A stretch of DNA of 64,000 nt from positions 8,752-72,751 of the forward strand of contig DAIF01000001.1 in the NCBI GenBank assembly GCA_002496015.1. Reading direction: 5' to 3'. Source of the DNA: Candidatus Pacearchaeota archaeon UBA73 (GTDB lineage Archaea; Nanobdellota; Nanobdellia; Pacearchaeales; GW2011-AR1). Positions 17,699-27,003 of this stretch are shown here, one piece after another. Numbering within the stretch: position 1 is the first letter of the stretch; each line of letters opens with the position of its first letter. Position numbers and translations under genes: made by a program. Under the pieces are notes generated by a model. That model made no database searches, was not told the DNA's origin, and saw only the letters and a list, made by a program, of their open reading frames with translations.

Positions 17699-19763
17699 AC
17701 TCTGCAACATTAGGTCGTACAAAGACCAGGAAATCTTTTTCCCAGAAGGATCTCTCCTGCTTTCCGGAGATGTTGGGAGTGGAAAGTCCTCAATTTTGAT
17801 GGCTCTCGAGTACGCGCTTTTCGGACTTCAGCCAGGACAGAAAGGCAACTCTCTTTTAAGGAATAATGAACTTCTTGGGGAAGTATCTCTCGAATTCGAA
17901 GTTCAGGGGCGTTCAGTTTTGATTGAGAGAAAACTCAAACGAACTCCAAGGGGCGTGAGCAACGAGTATGCGTCTATAACTCTCGACGGCGTTAAGACCG
18001 AATCGTCGGTCACAGAAATAAAATCCAAAGTCGTATCTCTATTAGGTTATCCTCCGGAATTTGTAAAAAAGAATAATCTCCTTTATAGATACACAGTCCA
18101 CACCGCTCAGGAACAGATGAAAGAAATAATCCTTGAGGATCCTGAGACAAGAGTCAATATCTTAAGGCACATATTCGGAGTGGATAAATATCGACTCATA
18201 AAAAACAATCTCTCAATTCTCTTGACCGATCTCAAAAGCGAGTCGAAAATTTTACAGGGAGAAATCTCCGATTTAGACAAAGAAAAAGAGAATCTCGAAT
18301 TTAGGAAAGCAGGCATCGCTGCGTTGGAGCAAAAAATCACACAGAAAAAACTAAACCTTGAAAACAAAATCAAAACCCGCAAGGAGGTAGAGTCAGAATT
18401 GTCCCTGATAGAAAAAAATCTCGAGGAGAAAAGAGGGTTTGAACAGGAAGTGGAAAAGACCAAAATACGTCTCCTCTCAAAAAAAGAATTGCTCTCAACT
18501 CTCATTCGCGAGGAAGACGAACTAAACAAAATGCTCTCGGAGTCAAGAGAATCCTTTGAAGAATCTGCTTACCAGAAACTAGTCTCTGATTTTAGGGCAA
18601 GGAAAGACCTCCTAGATAATTTCAACTCTAAAAAAGTAGATTTATTGGCAAAAATTTCTCTCTTCACACAGGAAAAAGAAGACCTCCTCTCAAAAAAAGA
18701 TAGGGTATTCAGGATAGACATTTGCCCGACCTGTTTACAGGATGTTCCAGATCGTCACAAGCACAATATACTTAACGAGACAGAGTCTCGGATTGTTTCA
18801 ATAAATAAACAGCTAACTTCTCTCGAGGAAGAGCGAATCAGAATTTCGGACATTATCAAGTCGCATGGTGAACAGCTCTCTTCCTTGGAGGATGCTCGGA
18901 TTAGGATGGAGATTGCAAAAGTCAATCAGGAGCAGCTCAACAGAGCAAGGGCTAAACTTTCAGACATCCTCCGGCAGAAGGAGCTCTTGCTCAAAGACCA
19001 GGACCTCTTGATAAAACACATGGATTATCTCAAGGAGCAGATTTTAAGGTATTCCCCGCTTGAAGCACACCATCGAACTAAAGGAGCAGAACTCAAAAAC
19101 GCATTCCTAGAAGAACGAAACTCCGAAATTTCTTTAGCAGAGACTGTCCGAGAGCTAGAGATTTCACACAAAGAAATTACCCTATTTCAGGAAGTGATAA
19201 AACGAAAAGAGCAATCAAAAATAAAGATTAATAAGCTCAATGAACTTTCCGATTGGCTTTCCTCACAATTCCTTAAACTCATAGACTTGACTGAAAGAAA
19301 CGTCCTTCTTCGCCTAAGAAAGGAATTTTCAGCGCTGTTCCGAAAATGGTTCCTTATGTTAATCTCAGATAATTCATTAGATTCTCAAATAGACGAGAAC
19401 TTCACACCAATCATCCTGCAAGGTGAGGTAGAAATGGATTACAGCTATCTCTCTGGAGGCGAACGAACCGCAGTTGCGTTAGCGTATCGTCTTGCCTTGA
19501 ATCAGACCATTAATTCTCTAATGAGCAAAATCCGAACACGGGGCATCATTATCCTAGATGAGCCCACAGATGGATTTTCTGAGACTCAAATAACCAAACT
19601 CAGAGATATTCTCGAGGAACTGAACGCAGAACAGCTTATCATAGTAAGCCATGAACAGAAAGTGGAAGGATTTGTAGATAACGTCATAAAGGTCTCAAGG
19701 GAGAATGATTCCTCTTTAGTTACAGAAATACTTGCCCAGAAATCTGACCGCTCGCCTCTCTAA
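17679..19763 (+). CDS. rad50: DNA double-strand break repair ATPase Rad50
   Basis: Walker A GDVGSGKSS; long coiled coil with CPTC zinc hook; signature LSGGERTAVALAYRLAL; Walker B IIILDEPTDG. Confidence 0.85.
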   Translation: MRFKKIKLCNIRSYKDQEIFFPEGSLLLSGDVGSGKSSILMALEYALFGLQPGQKGNSLLRNNELLGEVSLEFEVQGRSVLIERKLKRTPRGVSNEYASITLDGVKTESSVTEIKSKVVSLLGYPPEFVKKNNLLYRYTVHTAQEQMKEIILEDPETRVNILRHIFGVDKYRLIKNNLSILLTDLKSESKILQGEISDLDKEKENLEFRKAGIAALEQKITQKKLNLENKIKTRKEVESELSLIEKNLEEKRGFEQEVEKTKIRLLSKKELLSTLIREEDELNKMLSESRESFEESAYQKLVSDFRARKDLLDNFNSKKVDLLAKISLFTQEKEDLLSKKDRVFRIDICPTCLQDVPDRHKHNILNETESRIVSINKQLTSLEEERIRISDIIKSHGEQLSSLEDARIRMEIAKVNQEQLNRARAKLSDILRQKELLLKDQDLLIKHMDYLKEQILRYSPLEAHHRTKGAELKNAFLEERNSEISLAETVRELEISHKEITLFQEVIKRKEQSKIKINKLNELSDWLSSQFLKLIDLTERNVLLRLRKEFSALFRKWFLMLISDNSLDSQIDENFTPIILQGEVEMDYSYLSGGERTAVALAYRLALNQTINSLMSKIRTRGIIILDEPTDGFSETQITKLRDILEELNAEQLIIVSHEQKVEGFVDNVIKVSRENDSSLVTEILAQKSDRSPL

Positions 19764-19841
19764 CAAAAATATTGCATATGCCATCAAACCAAAAAACTTA
19801 AATACCTAAAACTTTTTTCATAACGAAAGAGTTCTAAACAC

Positions 19842-20504
19842 ATGGAAACAATTAATCAAGAAATCTCTCAGAATATGTTAAAGTCAAACACAAGCATAGT
19901 GGGCATAGTCTGTAAGGATGGAATAGTTATGGCAGGAGATAGAAGGGCTACTGCTGGTCACTACATCGCTGGTAAACGCGAGAAGAAGATTCACCAAATC
20001 AATGATTATCTTCTTGTGGCTTGGACAGGAGGCGTTTCAGATGCCCAGCTCACGACCAAGATTATCGCTGCAGAACTGCGTCTTAAAGAGTTGAAAACTA
20101 GAAGCCGGCCTACCATCAAAGAAGCAGCCAGTTTAACCGGAATCTCATTTTACCGAAATATCCGAACGCCAAGCATGGTCCCGCACATAGTTGGCACACT
20201 GGTCGCAGGATATAATGAAGATGGAACAACCGAACTCTACACCATCGAGCCTGCCGGCTCTGTCCTCAAGGTCGACGATTACGATGCGAATTTCTCATCT
20301 GGAATGCCTTACATCATGGGCTTACTTGAGAACAAATATAACAGCAATCTAGCAGTGAAAGATGCAATCAGTTTAGCAAGCGATTGTATCAAAGCAGCAA
20401 TTGCTAGAGACGCAGGCTCTGGCAACGGCATCGATGTTTTCACAATCACCAAAGACGGCATAAAGCATGTTGTTTCTGAGGAAATAGTTCCTCAATTTAA
20501 GTAA
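19842..20504 (+). CDS. psmB: Proteasome subunit beta
   Basis: 220 aa, a propeptide followed by TSIVGIVCKDGIVMAGDRRAT (Ntn-hydrolase beta subunit). Confidence 0.75.
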   Translation: METINQEISQNMLKSNTSIVGIVCKDGIVMAGDRRATAGHYIAGKREKKIHQINDYLLVAWTGGVSDAQLTTKIIAAELRLKELKTRSRPTIKEAASLTGISFYRNIRTPSMVPHIVGTLVAGYNEDGTTELYTIEPAGSVLKVDDYDANFSSGMPYIMGLLENKYNSNLAVKDAISLASDCIKAAIARDAGSGNGIDVFTITKDGIKHVVSEEIVPQFK

Positions 20505-20518
20505 AATAACAAATCAAA

Positions 20519-22411
20519 ATGGCAGATATTTTGAAAACGGTTAAAGAAGAATTACCAAATGTAATCAGCGATGCGAATTTCGAAGGCGCAAATATAGTGC
20601 TCTACACAACAGATAAAGACTTTTTCAGAAACAGCGACGACAAAATCAAAGAGGTCGTCTCAAAAATCAAGAAGAGGATCGAGCTCCGGGCGGATAAATC
20701 CGTCCTTGCTAGTGAGGAAGAGACAGAGAAAACCATCCGTGCCCTTGTTCAGGAAGAAGCTGAAATCACAAACATCATTTTTGATTTGCAAAGAAGTGTG
20801 GTGGTTGTCGAAGCAAAGAAGCCCGGACTCGTCATAGGAAAACAAGGTTCTATACTTACAGATATAAAAAGATCAACTTTCTGGTTGCCAATAGTCCAGC
20901 GTTCTCCGGCAATCCCCTCAAAAATCACAGAAAAAATTCGCTCTGTCCTTTATGCAAACAACATCTACCGAAGAAAATTTTTACACGATGTTGGAAAAAA
21001 AATTTACAATGACTGGAGCCCTGAGAAAAAGGAAATGTGGGTCAGACTATCCATTCTTGGAAGTGGCGCACAGGTCGGTCGCTCCTGTTTTCTTTTACAG
21101 ACCCCAAACTCCAAGGTAATTCTCGACTGCGGGATAAATCCCGCGATAAGCGAAGGTCCGGAAAAATATCCTTATCTGGATGTCTCAGAAATTGGTGACA
21201 TAAATTCGATTGATGCAGTCATTCTTTCTCACGCTCATCTGGACCACTCTGGGCTGATACCTTATCTTTATAAGATGGGCTACCGCGGACCAAGTTATAT
21301 GACTGCCCCCACTAGAGACATCGCTGCGCTTCTCCAGCTGGACTTAATCGGCGTGGCGTACAAGAAGGCACAGTTCCCTCTTTATAAAGCAGACGACATT
21401 AAAGAAATGGTGCGCCACTCAATCTGTCTCGAATATGGAGAAGTCACAGACATAACACCAGATGTTAGGATTACCTTCTACAATGCAGGGCACGTTCTCG
21501 GCTCAGCCCAAGTTCATATTAACCTTGGCAATGGTTTGCACAATTTTGTTTACACCGGAGACACAAAATATGCCAAGACTCGTCTGCTTGATCCTGCTGC
21601 GAACCGATTTCCTAGAGTCGAGACAATCCAGCTAGAATCCACTTATGGCAGTAAGAACGACATTCTCCCACCATTACGGGAGGTTGAAGAAAAATTTCTC
21701 GAAATTGTAAATGAAACCATTTCAAAAAATGGAAAAGTACTTTTGCCTGAGCTTGGTCTTGGACATGCGCAGGAAACCATGCTCCGTGTCGAAGAGGCAA
21801 TTCGTTCTGGGAAACTTCCTAAAATACCTGTTTACATTGACGGAATGATATGGGACATCAATGCCATTCACACAGCTTATCCTGATTTTCTCTCAGCCAA
21901 TGTACGCAATCAGGTTTTTCAGGACAATAATCCTTTCCTCTCAGACATTTTCAAGAGGATAGGCTCATCTGCAGAAAGAAAACTAGTCCTCGAAGGCGGC
22001 TCATGCATAATAATCGCAACTTCGGGAATGCTTGTGGGCGGCGCCTCTGTCGAATATTTCCGTCATCTCGCAGAAAATCCAAATAATGTAATCATATTTG
22101 GATGTTATCAGGCAGTAGGTTCACTGGGGCGAGAAGTAAAGGAAGGAGCGAAAGAAATTAATCTCGGACAAGATTATGGCAATGAAGCAATAAAAGTCAA
22201 TTTGCGAGTCGAAACTATGTATGGCTTGTCCGCCCACTCAGGCAGAAATGAGCTCATCCAATTCGTTAATCGTATGATTCCCCGCCCCAAAAAAATAATA
22301 ATCAACCACGGAGAAATCTCAAAATCTCTCGATTTGGCTTCCACATTGTATCGCTCAAATAAGATAGAGACCACTGTTCCAAAAAACCTTGAAACTATCC
22401 GATTAAAGTAA
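20519..22411 (+). CDS. aCPSF1/FttA-type KH-domain beta-CASP ribonuclease (transcription termination factor)
   Basis: 630 aa. N-terminal KH domains; metallo-beta-lactamase motif HAHLDHSG; beta-CASP C-terminal half. Sits next to psmB as in many archaea. Confidence 0.8.
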   Translation: MADILKTVKEELPNVISDANFEGANIVLYTTDKDFFRNSDDKIKEVVSKIKKRIELRADKSVLASEEETEKTIRALVQEEAEITNIIFDLQRSVVVVEAKKPGLVIGKQGSILTDIKRSTFWLPIVQRSPAIPSKITEKIRSVLYANNIYRRKFLHDVGKKIYNDWSPEKKEMWVRLSILGSGAQVGRSCFLLQTPNSKVILDCGINPAISEGPEKYPYLDVSEIGDINSIDAVILSHAHLDHSGLIPYLYKMGYRGPSYMTAPTRDIAALLQLDLIGVAYKKAQFPLYKADDIKEMVRHSICLEYGEVTDITPDVRITFYNAGHVLGSAQVHINLGNGLHNFVYTGDTKYAKTRLLDPAANRFPRVETIQLESTYGSKNDILPPLREVEEKFLEIVNETISKNGKVLLPELGLGHAQETMLRVEEAIRSGKLPKIPVYIDGMIWDINAIHTAYPDFLSANVRNQVFQDNNPFLSDIFKRIGSSAERKLVLEGGSCIIIATSGMLVGGASVEYFRHLAENPNNVIIFGCYQAVGSLGREVKEGAKEINLGQDYGNEAIKVNLRVETMYGLSAHSGRNELIQFVNRMIPRPKKIIINHGEISKSLDLASTLYRSNKIETTVPKNLETIRLK

Positions 22412-22443
22412 AAAGTTAAAAACCACAAGAGATATAGATAACT

Positions 22444-23364
22444 ATGAAACACACTTGGGCAATCACACTGCTCCTTTTGGCGATGTTTTTGGTAACGCAG
22501 CTGCTAGGCTTATTCGTAATCAGTCAATATTCTCCTAGCCCCACTGAACCGGGTCACGAGTTGCCATACGGCATGGAGCCTCCCGAGGAAGTTCGTCCGC
22601 GTTCCGCCATTGACTTAGTCATAAGTTTCGCCATCGCTTTCGCATTTGTCGTCTTCCTAATGTTAATTTTGACCAAGTACAAAGCTGAAACCTTTCTTAG
22701 AATATGGTTTTTTGCAGTGGTAGCTCTTGCCTTGGGGATATCGCTTAACTCGGTCTTGATTTATTTCCCGTATTCCTCATTGTTTGCCTTGATAATTGCA
22801 CTCCCGTTGGCTTTCTTTAAGATATTCAAAAGAAATCTCCTCGTGCATAATCTCACAGAGTTGCTGATATATCCTGGCATCGCTGCGATTTTTGTAGTCC
22901 TGCTTACTTCTTGGACTAGCGCTCCACTAGTTGCAATCATAGTAATTTTAGTATTGATTTCCCTTTACGATATGTATGCGGTTTGGCATGCAGGCTTCAT
23001 GCAAAAAATGGCAGTATATCAAATTCAAACATTAAAAGTTTTCACCGGCTTTTTCGTGCCTTATGTGGGAAAGAAAGAAAAAAAGATTCTCGTTAAAACA
23101 GCTAAAACAAAGAAGTCAAATGATAAGAAGGTTAAGGTTGGCGTGGCTATTCTGGGTGGAGGAGACGTAGTGTTCCCAATAATCCTTGCAGGAATAGTCT
23201 TCTTACAAATAGGTCTGTTGTCTGCTTTGATGGTCTCTCTTGGTGCCACTCTCGCCCTCGCGACTTTGTTCTACCTTTCCGAGAAAGGCAAGTTCTACCC
23301 AGCAATGCCCTTTATCACAACGGGTTGCTTTATTGCTTTGGGAGTCTCTAGGTTCATAATCTAG
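22444..23364 (+). CDS. Presenilin/signal-peptide-peptidase-like intramembrane aspartyl protease (candidate)
   Basis: Polytopic membrane protein with YD (ISLYDMYAV), GxGD (ILGGGDVV) and PAL-like (YPAMPF) motifs in the A22-family order. Lys-rich loop KKEKKILVKTAKTKKSNDKKVK between the catalytic helices. Confidence 0.5.
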   Translation: MKHTWAITLLLLAMFLVTQLLGLFVISQYSPSPTEPGHELPYGMEPPEEVRPRSAIDLVISFAIAFAFVVFLMLILTKYKAETFLRIWFFAVVALALGISLNSVLIYFPYSSLFALIIALPLAFFKIFKRNLLVHNLTELLIYPGIAAIFVVLLTSWTSAPLVAIIVILVLISLYDMYAVWHAGFMQKMAVYQIQTLKVFTGFFVPYVGKKEKKILVKTAKTKKSNDKKVKVGVAILGGGDVVFPIILAGIVFLQIGLLSALMVSLGATLALATLFYLSEKGKFYPAMPFITTGCFIALGVSRFII

Positions 23365-23365
23365 T

Positions 23366-24208
23366 TTGTCATTATTAAGTTATAACAACCAAAAAGTTTA
23401 TAAAGGAATTACTTGTCGTCCCTTAATGATGATAAAGCAAGAATTAGTAAAGAAAATCAAAGAATACTTCAATCTGAATATTTACGAAACTAAGGTCTGG
23501 ATTGCCCTGCTGTCTAAAGGGATAGCCTCTGCCGGAGAGATCGCTACAATCTCTGGAGTTCCAAGGTCTAGAACGTACGACGTCTTAGAATCTCTTGAAA
23601 AAAGGGGATTCGCAATAGTGAAGATAGGTAAACCCGTTAAGTACATAGCGGTAAAACCTATCGAAGTATTGGAAAAGATGAAATCCTTAACCTTACAGGA
23701 AGCCCAAGAGAAAGTAAAGAATCTTTCGACCCTAAAAGAAACTACCGAATACGAAGAGCTGGAAGCACTCCATCGCTCAGGAATCTCTCCGATAAAGACT
23801 CACGAGATAACAGGTTCACTAAGGGGCAGGTCTAATATTGTTTCGCGTCTGCGGGAATTGATACAAAACGCAAAGAATGAACTTTTAATCTCAACCTCTG
23901 TTTTCGATTTCGAAGATAAATCTAGAGTTTTACTTCCTGCAATCGAACAAGCAGTTAAAAATCAGGTGAAGGTTACTCTCGCATTGACAGGACCTATCGA
24001 TAAAATAAAAAAGATAGCAGCAAGAACTAACTTAAAACCACTGTCTTGTGAATCTGAAGCCAGATTATTTGTCGCAGACAAAACCGAGGTTCTTTTTATG
24101 ATTACTTCTGAGAAGTCCGATGAAGAAATAGGGATCTGGTTGAATTCTCCTTTCTTTGCACAATCCCTCTCGGGCCTTGTCGAGACTGGCACAGGCAGGA
24201 AAAGATAA
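23366..24208 (+). CDS. TrmB-family transcriptional regulator
   Basis: N-terminal wHTH YETKVWIALLSKGIASAGEIATISGVPRSRTYDVLESLEKRGF. True start may be the internal MMIKQEL (~23426). Confidence 0.6.
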   Translation: MSLLSYNNQKVYKGITCRPLMMIKQELVKKIKEYFNLNIYETKVWIALLSKGIASAGEIATISGVPRSRTYDVLESLEKRGFAIVKIGKPVKYIAVKPIEVLEKMKSLTLQEAQEKVKNLSTLKETTEYEELEALHRSGISPIKTHEITGSLRGRSNIVSRLRELIQNAKNELLISTSVFDFEDKSRVLLPAIEQAVKNQVKVTLALTGPIDKIKKIAARTNLKPLSCESEARLFVADKTEVLFMITSEKSDEEIGIWLNSPFFAQSLSGLVETGTGRKR

Positions 24209-25501
24209 TTATTCTCCAAACTTTAGTCTGGTAATTCCCATATCTCTCATCTTCAATATTCCTTCTTTAGAACTCACCCAATTTTTCAGAAACTCGCGCG
24301 CATTCGTTTCTTTTATCTTTGCATAGATATAGCCGCCCTTACGCATAGTTTTTTTATTGGATTTCTCAAATGCTTCAACGTCCTTCATCCTGGTTAATGG
24401 CGGACCCATCTTTAGAATTTCTTTATGACTCTTAACAACAAGATAATGGTGTGCAGAGCTTCCTTCGCCAGGATAAACGAATTCCTTCTGAACAATTAAA
24501 AAATATTCGCCTAACAATCTCTCGACTAACCTTGAAAACTTTTTCATCTTAGTTCCCGCAATATCCCCTTCTTGTCTATCAGTGCTCAGGATGATATGTA
24601 AAAACTCGCCGTCTCGGATCCTCTTTCTCACCTTTTGACCATCGACTTTCTCCTCATAAAAATATTTTTCTGACGGACTCCTTAGGAAACTTTTGGCGAC
24701 ATCTTGAAACTTCTCAAAGCTCTCAGCGCTCAAGGATGCGAGCACATTCCTTTCCCTCCAGGTCGGATCAACGAGGACGATTGGGCTTGCAAGTTTACTT
24801 TCATTCATCTCAAAAAATACATCATCCTTCTTTTTGTAATGTTTCTCAATATCAATAACAATGCGCTCGCCTTTCGGTATTTTAACTAATCCTCTCAACA
24901 TCTTTACAAAACTCTTGTAATATACTATCAGGCACTCCAAGCCGTACCCTGAAAAACCGTGTATGTACGATTCAGCTCCATATATAGAATGTGCTTTAAA
25001 GAACTTCTTCGCTAAAGCAAGCTCCCTTCTCATCTTTTCATTCAGTTTCCTCTGAATATAATTGACGTGAAAATAACTCAGGTCCGTGACGTTGCGCGCG
25101 TCTTTCACCCTTTTTATTCTGACAACTGGAATGACCTCAAAAGTCAGATTGCTCTCTCCAAAGACACGAAAATAATCTCTGCTCCCGTGCATCCGCTTAA
25201 CCTGCAACTTAAGTCTTTTCGCGACAGATTTCACCATCTTCTCAAGTCTGTCTGATAAGTTTTCATACTTCCAGTCAAATCTTACAAATATATCTGCATC
25301 GTATTGATTTGATTTTGTCAGAGTTCTCTTCGCAAAGCTCCCTCCTAAAAATATATCTGCATCAGCTTCTTTTTTTACCTCCTCACCAAGAACCACCATA
25401 AATCTATCAACTTCTTTTTTCAGCTCTTTGAACTCCTTCCCCCCAACAGAAAAATCCAGACCGCGCAACACTCTCTTCGAATCCATCACTATTAAAAACA
25501 A
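24209..25501 (-). CDS. cca: Archaeal-type CCA-adding tRNA nucleotidyltransferase
   Basis: 430 aa. LGGSFAKRTLTKSNQYDADIFVRF (pol-beta NTase GS...D.D) and GAESYIHGFSGYGLECL, characteristic of class I CCA enzymes. Confidence 0.6.
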   Translation of the reverse strand: MFLIVMDSKRVLRGLDFSVGGKEFKELKKEVDRFMVVLGEEVKKEADADIFLGGSFAKRTLTKSNQYDADIFVRFDWKYENLSDRLEKMVKSVAKRLKLQVKRMHGSRDYFRVFGESNLTFEVIPVVRIKRVKDARNVTDLSYFHVNYIQRKLNEKMRRELALAKKFFKAHSIYGAESYIHGFSGYGLECLIVYYKSFVKMLRGLVKIPKGERIVIDIEKHYKKKDDVFFEMNESKLASPIVLVDPTWRERNVLASLSAESFEKFQDVAKSFLRSPSEKYFYEEKVDGQKVRKRIRDGEFLHIILSTDRQEGDIAGTKMKKFSRLVERLLGEYFLIVQKEFVYPGEGSSAHHYLVVKSHKEILKMGPPLTRMKDVEAFEKSNKKTMRKGGYIYAKIKETNAREFLKNWVSSKEGILKMRDMGITRLKFGE

Positions 25502-25510
25502 TACTCCCTT

Positions 25511-25897
25511 TTAAGTCTGTGGTTTTTTTAAGTGGACAGCCAAGTCTATTATATACTTCCCATCCTCCAACTTGTAGACCCGCGGTTTATCTACGGCAAA
25601 CAAGTTCGCAAGATCCACAGCATATTTCCCAGGTTTTATTACTTTTACACTCTCAAAATCTAAGAACACCGGCACATCTTCATCGACAATTCCTGCAATC
25701 TCCCGGACATCCTTCTCAACCTGTCTCTTGTCCTCCCCAAAAAACTCCACTTCTGTATCCTCTTGCTGCTTCACTCTCTCAATCTGATCCTTGCGAATAT
25801 AAAAGAAAAACTTCCTGCCGCACGAATCACAACCTTTAAGGACTTGCTCTGATCCGTCATCAAACATTTTTGAACAATGAATACATCTATAGGGCAT
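25511..25897 (-). CDS. Zn-ribbon protein (C4), function unknown
   Basis: MPYRCIHCSKMF...GCDSCGRKF. Last gene of the GTPase / small protein / Zn-ribbon trio. Confidence 0.5.
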   Translation of the reverse strand: MPYRCIHCSKMFDDGSEQVLKGCDSCGRKFFFYIRKDQIERVKQQEDTEVEFFGEDKRQVEKDVREIAGIVDEDVPVFLDFESVKVIKPGKYAVDLANLFAVDKPRVYKLEDGKYIIDLAVHLKKPQT

Positions 25898-25961
25898 AAT
25901 CCGATTAAATAATGGGAATTAATAAACATTTGTTTAAGCCAATAGCTATTCGTTTAACAGA

Positions 25962-26363
25962 CTAACTAAGTAACACTTCTAGTCTCTTCGGGTCTCTTTT
26001 AATTTCTTTGACGATTGTCGCAGGCCCAATAACTGTCAGTGCTGAATTATCCCCCACTAGTTTTTTAGCAAGGTTATATCTAAATTTCACAAGAAAGCTT
26101 TCATTTTTCAGATTAGGCTCTATCACCGCAAGCTCTATTCCCCTGAAACTTTTTATATGGTCAACCATCGCCATCGTGTCTTCAATCAGTCGCGCCTCTT
26201 CTTCAGGTCGGAGTCTTCCATGCAAAATTACTATCTTATTTCCCAATACCAAAGTTAATATTTTCTTAACCCTTTGGGCAATCGTCAGATCCTGTACCTC
26301 CGAAAATGGCAGAACCTGCAGACTTAACCCCCTATATTTTCCTGATACTTTCTTCTCTATCAT
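25962..26363 (-). CDS. Conserved hypothetical protein co-transcribed with a small GTPase
   Basis: 133 aa, no motif recognised. 4-nt overlap with the upstream GTPase gene. Confidence 0.4.
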   Translation of the reverse strand: MIEKKVSGKYRGLSLQVLPFSEVQDLTIAQRVKKILTLVLGNKIVILHGRLRPEEEARLIEDTMAMVDHIKSFRGIELAVIEPNLKNESFLVKFRYNLAKKLVGDNSALTVIGPATIVKEIKRDPKRLEVLLS

Positions 26364-26998
26364 ACTTTCCTCGCTAGTTTAAACAAAGACTCATAAAATT
26401 CATCCATGTTTATGCCTTCTTTCGCCGAAACTCCCACAACTTCATAATCTGGAAAAGCGCTCTCAATTTTTTTAACATCTGCTTTCTTTAAGTCAACTTT
26501 ATTTCCGACAACCAATACGGGGATTTTTCTCGCCACAAGGTTTCCGATGATTGTGATATTAACTTGCGAGTAAGGGTTCTCAGTAGCGTCCAATATGACA
26601 ATAACCGCATCCACATCATCGAGCCATTTTATCGCTTCAATTATTCCTTGGGTGGCTTCCTTCGCTCTCTTCTTTGCGATCTTTTTTTTCAATCCAAACC
26701 TCAGGAAATTCTCGTAATCGACCCGTGTTGCAATTCCAGGAGTATCAACAAGTTTGAAGGTCATCGTTTTTCCCTTATACTTTATCTCAACTTTCTCTTT
26801 TATCTGGACGTTTCTTGTTTCATGCGGCACTGAACTCACCGAGCCGATTTCTTCTCCTGTCCAGTCTTTGCATATCCTATTCGCTAAAGACGTCTTTCCG
26901 GCATTCGGCGGTCCGTAGAATCCTATCTTGATATTCTCTCTCTTTCGAAATAAACTTCCGAAGATCCTTGCAGAGACTCTTTTCAGTATTTTGAACAT
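26360..26998 (-). CDS. Small GTP-binding protein (P-loop GTPase)
   Basis: G1 GPPNAGKTS, G3 VDTPG, G4 VGNKVDL. 212 aa. Confidence 0.7.
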   Translation of the reverse strand: MFKILKRVSARIFGSLFRKRENIKIGFYGPPNAGKTSLANRICKDWTGEEIGSVSSVPHETRNVQIKEKVEIKYKGKTMTFKLVDTPGIATRVDYENFLRFGLKKKIAKKRAKEATQGIIEAIKWLDDVDAVIVILDATENPYSQVNITIIGNLVARKIPVLVVGNKVDLKKADVKKIESAFPDYEVVGVSAKEGINMDEFYESLFKLARKV

Positions 26999-27003
26999 CT
27001 TAA

